DNA of 64,000 bases from a virus, in IMG/VR virus record IMGVR_UViG_3300047311_000323, positions 134,397-198,396 of that record. The stretch is one strand, 5' to 3'. Shown piece after piece: positions 45,772 to 55,380 of this stretch (its first letter is position 1; each line of letters opens with the position of its first letter). Position numbers and translations under genes: made by a program. The notes below the pieces were generated by a model. The model worked only from the letters and a program-made list of their open reading frames with translations. It had not been told where the DNA came from and did not search any database.

Positions 45772-45784
45772 GTTTATTCCTTTG

Positions 45785-46132
45785 TTAGACTGTGAAAGAG
45801 TGACCGCATCCACACGATGATTTCTCATTAGGATTGACGAATTTGAATCCTTGCTTAAGCAAGGTCTTTTCCCAATCCAATGTGGATCCATTAAGATAGA
45901 CTAAGCTTTTCTTGTCAACTATTACTCTAACACCGTGCTCTTCAAACACAGTATCTCGGTCTTTAGGAGGATCGTCTTCAAACCTAATGACATATGAAAA
46001 GCCGGAACATCCACCACCCTTGATGCCAAGTCTAAGATAAGACTCTGGGGTACCGCGTTTCTCAAGCTGCAATTTAACTTGTTCAGCGGCTATTGGTGAA
46101 ATAGAAATCGATAAGATTTTCTCGTCTTCCAT
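45785..46132 (-). CDS. iscA: IscA/HesB-family A-type Fe-S carrier
   Basis: LRLGIKGGGCSGFSY, NPNEKSSCGCGHSF. Confidence 0.93.
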   Translation of the reverse strand: MEDEKILSISISPIAAEQVKLQLEKRGTPESYLRLGIKGGGCSGFSYVIRFEDDPPKDRDTVFEEHGVRVIVDKKSLVYLNGSTLDWEKTLLKQGFKFVNPNEKSSCGCGHSFTV

Positions 46133-46151
46133 ACTGTCCTTATATGCCCAA

Positions 46152-46736
46152 TTATTGGCTGAAGTTCTTGTGACCCAGCCTATGAGACTCAAGCGTATAG
46201 GTGAATATATTCGCTATGTTAGCCGCATCATCAATACCTCGATGATGGGTGCCCTTCAATTTCAATCCAATATGACTCAGGGCGGTGTCAAGACCGGGCT
46301 CACGTTCCAGGCCATGGAGCATAGTGAAAGAATTTTTAAGGTTCATGTGGCGCGGGCCAAAGGGGTATTTGACGCCATAGTCCCTACAGTTCCTCTCAAA
46401 CATCTTGCGGTCATAGTCGCCCCAGCTAATGAAGGTACGGTCTTCTGACTTGTACTTATCCTTTAGGATATCCATAGCCTGCTGGAATGTGACGCCCTTA
46501 TCTACCATATCCTGGGTCAGGGTAGTCAGTTTAGTACAAAACTTGCTAAGCTTAGACTTCTGAGGCTTGATAAGGATACTGGCGTTGGCGCTGATGGCCA
46601 ACGTGTTGATATTGACTACAGCAATACCAATCTCAATTATCTCAGAGATTTCATTCTTGGGCTGCACTTCAGGCGGTTCCCAACAGGTACTCTCTACATC
46701 AATTACTAGAACGTTGGGGTCTAATGGTCTCGGCAT
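46152..46736 (-). CDS. DEDDh 3'-5' exonuclease (ERI1/KapD-like)
   Basis: IDVESTC, EIIEIG, SWGDYD, HHRGIDDA. Confidence 0.9.
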   Translation of the reverse strand: MPRPLDPNVLVIDVESTCWEPPEVQPKNEISEIIEIGIAVVNINTLAISANASILIKPQKSKLSKFCTKLTTLTQDMVDKGVTFQQAMDILKDKYKSEDRTFISWGDYDRKMFERNCRDYGVKYPFGPRHMNLKNSFTMLHGLEREPGLDTALSHIGLKLKGTHHRGIDDAANIANIFTYTLESHRLGHKNFSQ

Positions 46737-47094
46737 CTTGCTCCTCTTCCTCAGGTTGCAACTCGGCAATCCTGGTTTTCAATAGTTCATCTTCAGCAAT
46801 CACATGGTCAATCTTTAGAGACTCAATGCGCGCTACTAATTGCTTGACCATCTGATCCGAAAGGTAAGAGGCGTTGGTGGTTACGAATTCCTCAATACCT
46901 TTCGCATCATCTGATACTAGCTTCACTTGAGCAATCTTGTCGATGCTCCCGCTCTTGCTTTTGTCAACGCTCCACTGAGCACGCTTTGTTGCTATCCAAT
47001 CTGACAAAAAGATTTGGTAAACAACTACCACGGCAAACACAAATAGAACGAATTCCATAAGTGAACTAAACAGTGCAGCATATGCTAAAAACAT
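46699..47094 (-). CDS. Membrane-anchored hypothetical protein
   Basis: Hydrophobic N-terminus. Confidence 0.7.
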   Translation of the reverse strand: MFLAYAALFSSLMEFVLFVFAVVVVYQIFLSDWIATKRAQWSVDKSKSGSIDKIAQVKLVSDDAKGIEEFVTTNASYLSDQMVKQLVARIESLKIDHVIAEDELLKTRIAELQPEEEEQDAETIRPQRSSN

Positions 47095-48218
47095 TAGCGA
47101 ACCCTCAATTCTGAATCTAAGGCTTCTTCGACCAACCTAATGCAAAGCTGGTCCAACTTTTCCTTGTCTGGGAATTTTGGTAGGGCAGTGCTGGTGAGAT
47201 ACAATTCGTTGAGTTCCTTTTCCTCACGGTCAGCGAAATCAATCAACTGCTCGTAGGTCCAAGCGCCGTTACGAATGCTCAACAGCTCTTCTCTGTCTGG
47301 ACGTTTCACCAACACTTTGCCGGTGATAAGAATCTCGCGACACATACGAATCAATCTTACCAAGTGATAAGCGTGTTTCGTGTCATAGCCATACTTTGCT
47401 TCTAGGGCAGAGCGGGCCGGGTTGCGAGTCTTTTCCCAGTTTTTGAATTGGTCCCACTCTCGTTTAGCTCCTGCGTATTCGCGCTCAAGCTGCATGAGAT
47501 GAATGAAGTTGTCATCCAACCCAATCTTACGAGCTGCGGACATCCAGTGCTGGTCAGATGTAATCTTTAGCTCAGCCAACATTTCGTTGACCGTACCTCG
47601 AATACTAATCTTCTGAGACTCCTCCAGACCTTCCATGAAGTCAAACTGAAACCTATCAAGTTCCTTCTGAACTTCAGCGTTAGCTGCCATCAGTTGGTCT
47701 TGAGGGATTAAGGTTTGCTCTGGCAGACCCATCTCCTTCCTAGTAGGAGGAGACTTAGGTGGGTTCATAATCCAGCGCTTGTGCGTCTTGATTCTCTTGA
47801 GCTGAGCAACCGAATAGCCCATGAAGGTGAACTTGATCTTCTTGGACAAGAAGTCATCCTTGTGGTCCAAGATTTGCTGGCCAATCGGAGTCACGATGAA
47901 ATGGTCTGATGGGTCAGTATGCAAGACCTCAATGATGTTAGGGTTGCAGTCAGCGGCCAGATTGAAGAACTTACGGATGTCATAGATAACAGCATCCGGG
48001 TCAGGAGCTTTTAACTCAGCTTGCTCAAAGCGATGCATGGTTCCCAAGAAGTATTTCTTGGTGGGGATGGCAACTCCTTTGAAGTCTTCGTCAGAGGTGG
48101 CAACGTTGGTACCATAAGCATGAGAGCCGTGACGCACCAGCAATACGGTATTGTCCTGCATCCAGCTAAGGTGTGGGCTCTTTTGCTCAATCAAATCTAA
48201 TACAGGATGCTTACTCAT
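47094..48218 (-). CDS. Pol-beta-superfamily nucleotidyltransferase (YcgL/RlaP-like)
   Basis: HGSHAYGTN..SDEDFKG, NPNIIEVL, KHAYHLVRL. Confidence 0.85.
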   Translation of the reverse strand: MSKHPVLDLIEQKSPHLSWMQDNTVLLVRHGSHAYGTNVATSDEDFKGVAIPTKKYFLGTMHRFEQAELKAPDPDAVIYDIRKFFNLAADCNPNIIEVLHTDPSDHFIVTPIGQQILDHKDDFLSKKIKFTFMGYSVAQLKRIKTHKRWIMNPPKSPPTRKEMGLPEQTLIPQDQLMAANAEVQKELDRFQFDFMEGLEESQKISIRGTVNEMLAELKITSDQHWMSAARKIGLDDNFIHLMQLEREYAGAKREWDQFKNWEKTRNPARSALEAKYGYDTKHAYHLVRLIRMCREILITGKVLVKRPDREELLSIRNGAWTYEQLIDFADREEKELNELYLTSTALPKFPDKEKLDQLCIRLVEEALDSELRVR

Positions 48219-48225
48219 ACTTACC

Positions 48226-48561
48226 TCAAAAACTTACTGAACTCCCACAACCGCAAGAGCCCGTGACAGCCGGGTTCAGGAATTTGAACCCAGCAGCAAA
48301 CTGACTATCCGCATAGTCAATGGTTACTTCTTCTAGATACTGGAGAGACAGCGGGTCAACGATTACCTTGATAGTCCCGTAGTAATCGGTAACATCAATT
48401 GTCTCATCCATTTCACTAATCTTGTCTTCATAGTACATGTCGTACGTGAAGCCGGCACATCCACCACCAACTACCCTAACACGGATATTGTAGTGGCCGA
48501 TACCTTCGCTATCGGAAATCTCTTTGATCTTGAGGGCGGCCTTCTCAGTTACCTGAATCAT
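48226..48561 (-). CDS. Second IscA/ErpA-family A-type carrier
   Basis: RVVGGGCAGFTY, NPAVTGSCGCGSSV. Confidence 0.92.
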   Translation of the reverse strand: MIQVTEKAALKIKEISDSEGIGHYNIRVRVVGGGCAGFTYDMYYEDKISEMDETIDVTDYYGTIKVIVDPLSLQYLEEVTIDYADSQFAAGFKFLNPAVTGSCGCGSSVSF

Positions 48562-48770
48562 TACTCCCAGCCTTTCTCCGAAAATGGATCTGCTTCAATT
48601 ATTTGACAGGGGCTATTGCTCCAGACCTCTAATTCATGAACGGCAGCAATGATACCATCCTGCATTGTGCCATCTTCTTCGTCTTTGAGAAGATCAACAA
48701 TTCTATCGACAACCTTCATCTGAAGACTATAATCTAGCTGATTCCATATCATGTCACGCCTCTTATACAA
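48561..48770 (-). CDS. Hypothetical protein
   Basis: 69-aa ORF. Confidence 0.65.
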   Translation of the reverse strand: MYKRRDMIWNQLDYSLQMKVVDRIVDLLKDEEDGTMQDGIIAAVHELEVWSNSPCQIIEADPFSEKGWE

Positions 48771-49791
48771 ACGGAATTAATGTTTTGAGTTCGGGGAAAG
48801 CCGATAGCAGGTGTTTGATGTCTGCCATTCTGCTGTGAGTTGAGAGATAAACTAACACCTTCTTTGGAGAGAAGGCGGGAAATGTTTTGCACAACCTAAT
48901 CAATCTTTTGACGTTGGCCCCTTGATACCCAGTCCCGCGCGCATAGAGACTATCAGCATACACACTAAATAATTCCTCAGCAATAGAAACGTCTAGCTCT
49001 AACAAATTTTTGACATTACGCAGGTGATATTCTTCGATCTCTTTGAAATCACAGGCTTTGATAAAGTCAACCAAACGATCACGATGCTCTGGCTTGTACT
49101 CTGATTTGAGGTGAGTGACGATATGACTATCATTCATAAGGGCGAACAGAGAACGTCTGTTCGGGCGATTCAGCGCTCTTTTCAACAGAAGGTTCTGAGA
49201 TAGCTTGAAGATTGGCGCTCGATCAATTGGAATGCCCTGCTTCTCCAATTCCTGAAGAACTTCAAAGCTTCTTGCTGATTCGCTAATCTTTTTGCCCAAC
49301 AACTCCAAGTACTCATTCAAAGTTTGGAATAAGTGAGGAGTGAAGTGTTGGATGATACCAGTTATCCTACCAACCTGCATAGAATGAATAAGGCCAACAA
49401 AGAATTCACGAATAGACATTACGTCTTCTTTTCGTGCAACTCTTACTTTAGTCCAAGCCACAAACTGAATGAATTCACTATCTATCTTAGGAGTAAGATT
49501 CATTCGTGCATCTATCAGAGCTTTGAATCTAGTGAGAAGAAAACTTCCCACTTCTGACTCAAGCCTTTTAGATTGAAGAGATAGGAGTAAATCTAATCGA
49601 TGAACCCAGAAAGCTTCATCCCAAAAGATAAAGGAGCTACGAGTGAAACGGTCCCACAAATAGTTGTAATGATAGTCTTTGCTTTCAAAAAGTGTTTTGA
49701 ATTCAGAGACATCCAAGTCTGTTCTATCAGTAAAGAATAGTTTATCGGCTAAGATACGAAATTGGGGGTCAACTTTGTCCAAGGCAAGCAT
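48763..49791 (-). CDS. Hypothetical protein (C-terminus ELKTLIPFV)
   Basis: 342-aa ORF. Confidence 0.8.
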   Translation of the reverse strand: MLALDKVDPQFRILADKLFFTDRTDLDVSEFKTLFESKDYHYNYLWDRFTRSSFIFWDEAFWVHRLDLLLSLQSKRLESEVGSFLLTRFKALIDARMNLTPKIDSEFIQFVAWTKVRVARKEDVMSIREFFVGLIHSMQVGRITGIIQHFTPHLFQTLNEYLELLGKKISESARSFEVLQELEKQGIPIDRAPIFKLSQNLLLKRALNRPNRRSLFALMNDSHIVTHLKSEYKPEHRDRLVDFIKACDFKEIEEYHLRNVKNLLELDVSIAEELFSVYADSLYARGTGYQGANVKRLIRLCKTFPAFSPKKVLVYLSTHSRMADIKHLLSAFPELKTLIPFV

Positions 49792-49803
49792 ACGGGATCT
49801 ATA

Positions 49804-50943
49804 TCACGCTGCTTCAGGCTCCCAAGCCAAAATGTCAGACTCACTTGTTCCACAAGAGATATACTCAACATAACAACCTGTAGCATATTCCACTTCTTCA
49901 ATGAAGCGGTCCATCTGGCCCAAGTCTTTGCAGTCTGACCACCCAAGCACGTCCATGTAATGCGGCTTAGCAAAACGGAAGTCATCAGAGCAAACTGGCT
50001 CTTTGTCATAAGCATGTACCACAGGCACAACATCTCTACCAGATAGGATATCCATCTTGGTCAGGATGAGGTGAGTGATTCCACTCTTACGGCAAGCATA
50101 CCTCAAAGCCGGCAAGTCTAGCCAACCAACACGTCTTGGACGGCCGGTGGTAGCGCCATACTCATTACCCAGTTTACGAAGCTCTTCAGCCGCCTCTCCC
50201 TGAAGTTCAGAGGGGAATGGACCTTCGCCTACTTTAGTGGTATAACATTTGGCAACGCCATACACTTTGTCAAGCTTGACGCCAGCAAAGCCGCTGGCAT
50301 AGATGCCGGCAACGGTACAATCACTACAGCTTACGAAAGGATAGATGCCATGGTTGATGTCCAATAGAATTCCCTGAGCGCCTTCAAACAACTTGTTTGA
50401 ATGCTGGAACTCATGGTCTAGCTCTAGAACATGCTTGAAATGCACGCCCATGTGTGCCAGAGTATCAATTTCCATCTCGCCAGGCAGATGATTCAGATTA
50501 AGCAAATCGCTAATGCGATATCCTTTACGACCAATCTTGTCTGCATAGGCTGGACCAATACCACGATTAGTGGAACCAATGTGGCCATTAGTTGCCTTAT
50601 CAATCTCTTTATGAACCGGCAACACCACGAAGGCATCAGGGTCTACATAGATTCTTTTAGCAACGCCTGGGTATTCTCTTTCCGCTTCAATTACTTCTTT
50701 GAGAAGCTGAACAGGATCAATAACCATACCTGAACCCAAGTATGATTTGATTGTTGGGACCCTAAAATCTACTGATGGGAGAAGATTGTGAACAAACTTC
50801 TTCCCATCACGATAGATGGTATGGCCAGCATTGGCACCACCATTGAAACGAATTACCCAATCGTAATCACGAGAGAGACGATGGGTAATATGTCCTTTAC
50901 CCTCGTCTCCCCACATGGCACCCAATACTGCAATGTTACCCAT
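49804..50943 (-). CDS. purA: Adenylosuccinate synthetase
   Basis: GAMWGDEGKG, RFNGGANAGHT, EGAQG, GATTGRPRRVGWLD, TKMD. Confidence 0.93.
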   Translation of the reverse strand: MGNIAVLGAMWGDEGKGHITHRLSRDYDWVIRFNGGANAGHTIYRDGKKFVHNLLPSVDFRVPTIKSYLGSGMVIDPVQLLKEVIEAEREYPGVAKRIYVDPDAFVVLPVHKEIDKATNGHIGSTNRGIGPAYADKIGRKGYRISDLLNLNHLPGEMEIDTLAHMGVHFKHVLELDHEFQHSNKLFEGAQGILLDINHGIYPFVSCSDCTVAGIYASGFAGVKLDKVYGVAKCYTTKVGEGPFPSELQGEAAEELRKLGNEYGATTGRPRRVGWLDLPALRYACRKSGITHLILTKMDILSGRDVVPVVHAYDKEPVCSDDFRFAKPHYMDVLGWSDCKDLGQMDRFIEEVEYATGCYVEYISCGTSESDILAWEPEAA

Positions 50944-51890
50944 TATTCCTCGTCAAGTTCATCTTCGTAAGGATAACGATCGGTCACCACTTCGGTTTCC
51001 TCATCATCCTCTTCTTGTTCCTCATCGTACTCGCATTCGGTACAGAGGCGACCACCATCATATACCTCGTCACCGCAGTATTCGCAGCTATCGTTTTCAT
51101 CTTCTTCATCACCGAAATCAGAAGACGGAACGTAATCCGGGTTTACAACGCGGAGAGACTGACTTGGATCGAACGGAGTCGTAACTACGCCCAAGACCTT
51201 GTACTTGCAGACGCGCATCTTGGCATTGTTGTAGTCCGTCGGAATAGCAACAACGTCAGCCGGATTGACCTCAACTTCCAACATGATGTCGGAGCTGGCA
51301 TCTGAGCTAGCAAACTGCGTGTGAGCATAGTTCCAGTTAGCAACGTGCAGACCGTGGCTACAGGTACGGTTAGAGTCCTCATCAACTTGATTGCGAGGAA
51401 TCTCCACAACATTACCAACTGAGTTGTCCATGGTGTTGGAGTGGATGTCTCGGAAAGACCCACGAACTCGTTTGTAAGCGATGAAGTTACCACTCTCCGT
51501 TAGAGGGTGGTCATTCTTCTCCAAGAAGGTATACAGTTCGTTTACTGCTCGGAAAGAGGGGTTGCTCTGCAAGTTCTCAGCGAACTTAAGCAAAGGCTGG
51601 AACGGCAAGCCTTCGTTCGAGAAGCGGATGATCTTGTTGCTAAGCACTTCGGGTGCCGCAATGCCATTGATCGTAACCCGGCCATCTTGAACAACGAAGT
51701 TTCCCTTTGAGAAAAGTTCAATTCGTTTAGCGGCCGAAACAAGAGCGGGGATTTCCTGCAACCTGTTCTCTTTGACTGCTTTGATCAATCGCTCACCCAG
51801 CGCATCTGAGCGAGGAACGATATGCGTTTCACCATCATAATTTACCGAGATGTTGTTCTCGGAAATTGTCCAATTCACTCTCTTTGACAT
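50943..51890 (-). CDS. rIIB: RIIB-like protein with an acidic, C4-containing tail
   Basis: ELYTFLEKNDHPLTESGNFIAYKRV, NRTCSHGLH, VNPADVVAIP..K.RVCKY. Confidence 0.85.
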   Translation of the reverse strand: MSKRVNWTISENNISVNYDGETHIVPRSDALGERLIKAVKENRLQEIPALVSAAKRIELFSKGNFVVQDGRVTINGIAAPEVLSNKIIRFSNEGLPFQPLLKFAENLQSNPSFRAVNELYTFLEKNDHPLTESGNFIAYKRVRGSFRDIHSNTMDNSVGNVVEIPRNQVDEDSNRTCSHGLHVANWNYAHTQFASSDASSDIMLEVEVNPADVVAIPTDYNNAKMRVCKYKVLGVVTTPFDPSQSLRVVNPDYVPSSDFGDEEDENDSCEYCGDEVYDGGRLCTECEYDEEQEEDDEETEVVTDRYPYEDELDEE

Positions 51891-51903
51891 TTTCTTTCTC
51901 CTA

Positions 51904-53997
51904 TTAAATCTTATCGACCATGTTTACATATTGAGCTACGTGATCTACTATTTGGTTGAAGTTATACGTATTGATTGCTGTCAGTAGCGGATACTTCTTT
52001 TCATATGCTCGGTTAATCTCTTCGATGTCCCAATTAGGATTATCTTTGACGAACTGCTTCAAGACGGGGTCTTTAATCTCCCCCTTGACTGATTCATAGA
52101 TATCCAGCAAGCTTCGGTCATTTCCACTAAGTTTCTTGATAACCTTGTGAAGTTCCAGCCTTACGAGGAATGGACTCTGCTTGTTGGTAACGAGTGGCTC
52201 CAGCTTTTCGAGGTGCTTGAGCATCCGTTCATCTATATGATAAGTATGTGATTGGGCGAACTTAATCTCGACATAATTGATTGATTTGTTATTGAAAACC
52301 TTCTTCTCAATATAATCATCCAACTTATCGAAATCATTGAACTCTTCTTCTACACGTTTGGCATCAGTATCCTTATCAACTCCATAGAAAGAAATCTTTG
52401 GATTTCTCTCCATTAGGGATTTGAAAGCGGCCATACCCAAAGTTTGTTTATTGGCTAACATGGCCAAACGACCTGAGTATTGGTCTTTCGACAGGAGGCA
52501 CAGAACCTTGTCGTTCGTGTCTTCCTCCATGTTATCATAACTCACCTGGCGGAAAGCGCTAGCCGTGGCATCAAACTTAAAAACAAGAAGCCTGGAAGCC
52601 GGGGCCGTGTACGCACGTGAAGATGCCTTTGTAATAGAAGACAATCGCTTCGGCACCATCTCATCAAGATGGATATCCTTATTCAAGTCCGCTTCAGTGC
52701 ATTTGTCGTTCGGACAAATAACAATGATGTGCTTCAGGGCAGCATTATCTTCGAACGCCTTCTTGACATGTCGAGGAGTTGGCTCTTTGATAGGAAGGTC
52801 GTTGATATACAACTCTACACCTTCTTCAAAGTGAAAAGAGCGCGGACCAATAGCATGTCCCGTACGCTTCAACTTGTCAGGGTCCGTACCTCGGCGAGAG
52901 TAGTGTCCCTTGGAGAACTCAAACAAACCGCACTTGACTTCAAGGTAACCATTGGTCAGCTCATGAGTCTTCCAGAACAATTTGCCCAAGAAGGCCAAGT
53001 TACTAAACACAGTCGTTAGTTCCTTGCGATAGTAGACGTTTGCAACCCACAGGTTAGGGAAGGCATTGATCTTATCAGTGATGGTCGTTCTGATCTCACT
53101 GGTGATTTGATCCATGCGTTCGCGAATCTTAGCCTGGGTCGGCTTGTCCAAGAAGATAGCTTCACGAGTAGCTGACAAGCTCAGCTCACCGACACCAAAG
53201 TACATGATGAAGTCTCCGCGTGAGGCATCAATCAGTTTGGTATCAGCGTACTTGCGCAAGTCTTCAAGCGCCAATGGATATTCAATTCCATCGATGACAA
53301 GCTTGGCATGACGGTTGTAGTCATGCGTTGCAGCGATAGCCCAGCCTGGACCTTCTGCAATCTTGCTAAGTTTCTGCCATTCAAGCTGTTGACCACCAAC
53401 CACGGTTGGCTTGGTATCCCAGTGACGACAAGCCTGCTCCGTATATTGGCGGAACATATTGAAGTCGACTGGCTTCACCGGAATTTTGATTTCCGTACTG
53501 TTTGGCTCAGTAGTCGGTCGCTGATCCAACAGAACCAACTTACCAACTTTGGTATCATCAATCACACAAGAGTAACTGTAACGAATTCCCTCATTAACAG
53601 TTGTTACTTCAAAAGTATCACTGTAAGAGAACGGCGTCTTTGCCCCCAGACCGAATCCACCAGTCTGCACATTGTCATCACGCTTAGTAGAAGCCGTGTA
53701 TGAAATGAAGATGTTGACCATTCGGTCAGGGCTGATGCCGGGACCAAAATCTGTGACCTTATAGAAAGGTTCAAGGCCAACTGGCAAGTGAATGCGAATC
53801 GGCTTATCAGGAGTACCAACTTCACGATGAGCATCGCGAGCGTTGCTGGTAATCTCACGACAGATAGCTAGGATCGGATTCGAATACATCTTGCTGCGCA
53901 AGATTTCGAACAACATACCCTTGTCTTGGATGGAAAAGAAATGCTCGGGCATCTCTCCAGAAGACTCGAAAAAAGGTTTGACTTCGGACAGTTTCAT
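51904..53997 (-). CDS. rIIA: RIIA-like protein (N-terminal GHKL ATPase)
   Basis: MYSNPILAICREITSNARDAH, DFGPGI, STKRD..GGFGLGAK..FSY; adjacent to rIIB. Confidence 0.85.
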   Translation of the reverse strand: MKLSEVKPFFESSGEMPEHFFSIQDKGMLFEILRSKMYSNPILAICREITSNARDAHREVGTPDKPIRIHLPVGLEPFYKVTDFGPGISPDRMVNIFISYTASTKRDDNVQTGGFGLGAKTPFSYSDTFEVTTVNEGIRYSYSCVIDDTKVGKLVLLDQRPTTEPNSTEIKIPVKPVDFNMFRQYTEQACRHWDTKPTVVGGQQLEWQKLSKIAEGPGWAIAATHDYNRHAKLVIDGIEYPLALEDLRKYADTKLIDASRGDFIMYFGVGELSLSATREAIFLDKPTQAKIRERMDQITSEIRTTITDKINAFPNLWVANVYYRKELTTVFSNLAFLGKLFWKTHELTNGYLEVKCGLFEFSKGHYSRRGTDPDKLKRTGHAIGPRSFHFEEGVELYINDLPIKEPTPRHVKKAFEDNAALKHIIVICPNDKCTEADLNKDIHLDEMVPKRLSSITKASSRAYTAPASRLLVFKFDATASAFRQVSYDNMEEDTNDKVLCLLSKDQYSGRLAMLANKQTLGMAAFKSLMERNPKISFYGVDKDTDAKRVEEEFNDFDKLDDYIEKKVFNNKSINYVEIKFAQSHTYHIDERMLKHLEKLEPLVTNKQSPFLVRLELHKVIKKLSGNDRSLLDIYESVKGEIKDPVLKQFVKDNPNWDIEEINRAYEKKYPLLTAINTYNFNQIVDHVAQYVNMVDKI

Positions 53998-54053
53998 TAC
54001 TCTAATACCTCTCTGGTTTATCCTGGTGCCCTCACCGGGCGCTTACACCACAC

Positions 54054-54081
54054 AATATATTCACACAAATTGTCACGTCAA
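54054..54081 (-). promoter_or_regulatory. Sigma70-like promoter for rIIA/rIIB
   Basis: TTGACG-N16-TATATT. Confidence 0.7.
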
Positions 54082-54477
54082 GAGCACGTAGGATTTTTTT
54101 AGTTTAGCCAGCGCGCGATTCTCGTTGATTCGTATCAGCAGCTTCTTGGCCCTTTTGCTGGGCTCCTTGGTCAGAAATCCTGTTCCCCGAGCCTTACTGT
54201 AGTCCAACTTGGTTTTGAATTGGTTGTATGTCAGGTCTAAGATATAACCTGACTCATGCTTTAGAAACCAATGAGACGCACCTAAATGAGTCATGTGCAT
54301 TGGTTTCCACCCCTCTTCTTTGCCTCCAAGCAAATAGTAGGCAGCCTCGCTGGCCACATAGCAATGCCCAAATGTATTGGGTACATTGTTTATCTTTTTG
54401 TAACGGCGGTACCTAGGAGTCAACAGATCATCGGTGAGGTTGTCAATGATAAGACCTCGGAAGTCTGACCAGTCCAT
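54073..54477 (-). CDS. Hypothetical phage protein
   Basis: GHCYVASEA..HWFL..DLT motif; TGATG overlap with the upstream stop. Confidence 0.7.
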   Translation of the reverse strand: MDWSDFRGLIIDNLTDDLLTPRYRRYKKINNVPNTFGHCYVASEAAYYLLGGKEEGWKPMHMTHLGASHWFLKHESGYILDLTYNQFKTKLDYSKARGTGFLTKEPSKRAKKLLIRINENRALAKLKKSYVLLT

Positions 54478-54998
54478 CACATACCATCCGCAAGGTGAAG
54501 CATCAACATCCAAGCAATTGGAATCAAGAAACAAATGTGGATGATTTGGTCGATGGCGATCATTAGAATCTTACCCATCGGAGTTGCAATGAAATCCACG
54601 AATCCAGCCTTGGGATCGGGTGGCATCACAGCTTGATGAGGTTGAAACCCACCATCTGCTTGCTGTTGCAAAATAACCTCACCTTTACGAGGATTAGTCA
54701 TCTCAGGCGGCTTACGAATGTATTTTGCCCACAGATAGACCGGAACATAAGTGTCTTCAGCGAAGTGAGACCAGAACAGAATGTTGAGCGCCAAGAACCA
54801 CTCAAACCAACTGAAGTTAAACAGCCACATGAATGGGACGAAGCCCGCCGTATAGATGAGGCAGTGCTTGGCTCGAATCTTTGGGTTGTTGTGCTTGACC
54901 ATTGCCTCAGCATGGGATTGAAAAATCCAGTCAACAAAGAAATGGATGAAGACAAGAATAGAAAGCAATCCACCTGTCAATGCAATCTCAAGTAACAT
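54477..54998 (-). CDS. DUF3307-like membrane protein
   Basis: HFFVDWIFQS, KH..IY, DQIIH. Confidence 0.75.
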   Translation of the reverse strand: MLLEIALTGGLLSILVFIHFFVDWIFQSHAEAMVKHNNPKIRAKHCLIYTAGFVPFMWLFNFSWFEWFLALNILFWSHFAEDTYVPVYLWAKYIRKPPEMTNPRKGEVILQQQADGGFQPHQAVMPPDPKAGFVDFIATPMGKILMIAIDQIIHICFLIPIAWMLMLHLADGM

Positions 54999-55341
54999 CT
55001 GGCTTTCTCCAATACTTAGTTTTATCTAGCTTTGCTTGATACACCTCGATAACGCTCCGATAAACATCTTGAACATCATCGAATTGAAACTCGGTTTCAA
55101 TTTTGAAGCGGAAGACAACTTTCTTCTTGACCATTGAGGTCTTAACTACAAGAAATGTAGTACCAGGGTATTCTACTGCCATACCGATAGCCGCTTTGAT
55201 AGCATTAGCCTTTTTAGCGAACACATCAAAATACTGTCCCTTCACGCTCTCAATTCGATAGCGTGGGGTGGCACCAGTCAAAGGTGTCTTACTCATTAAA
55301 TCACCGATAGGTATCTTTTGATAAGTTACAGAATAGTCCAA
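54988..55341 (-). CDS. Hypothetical protein
   Basis: 117-aa ORF; start uncertain. Confidence 0.7.
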   Translation of the reverse strand: MDYSVTYQKIPIGDLMSKTPLTGATPRYRIESVKGQYFDVFAKKANAIKAAIGMAVEYPGTTFLVVKTSMVKKKVVFRFKIETEFQFDDVQDVYRSVIEVYQAKLDKTKYWRKPDVT

Positions 55342-55380
55342 TCGTTAGAAGGACATCTATGATTATAAATCCAGTCATGG

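Noticed and set aside
49804-50943. PurZ (2-aminoadenine, Z-genome) pathway
   Set aside because: The motif is GDEGKG with the PurA catalytic Asp rather than the Ser of PurZ, the TTGR.R loop is PurA-like, and no MazZ/DatZ pair is adjacent.
54073-54110. Seventh instance of the C-terminal motif (KLKKSYVLLT)
   Set aside because: It matches K-7 and Y-5 only, lacks the -8 hydrophobe and F-2, and overlaps a promoter, so it was not counted.
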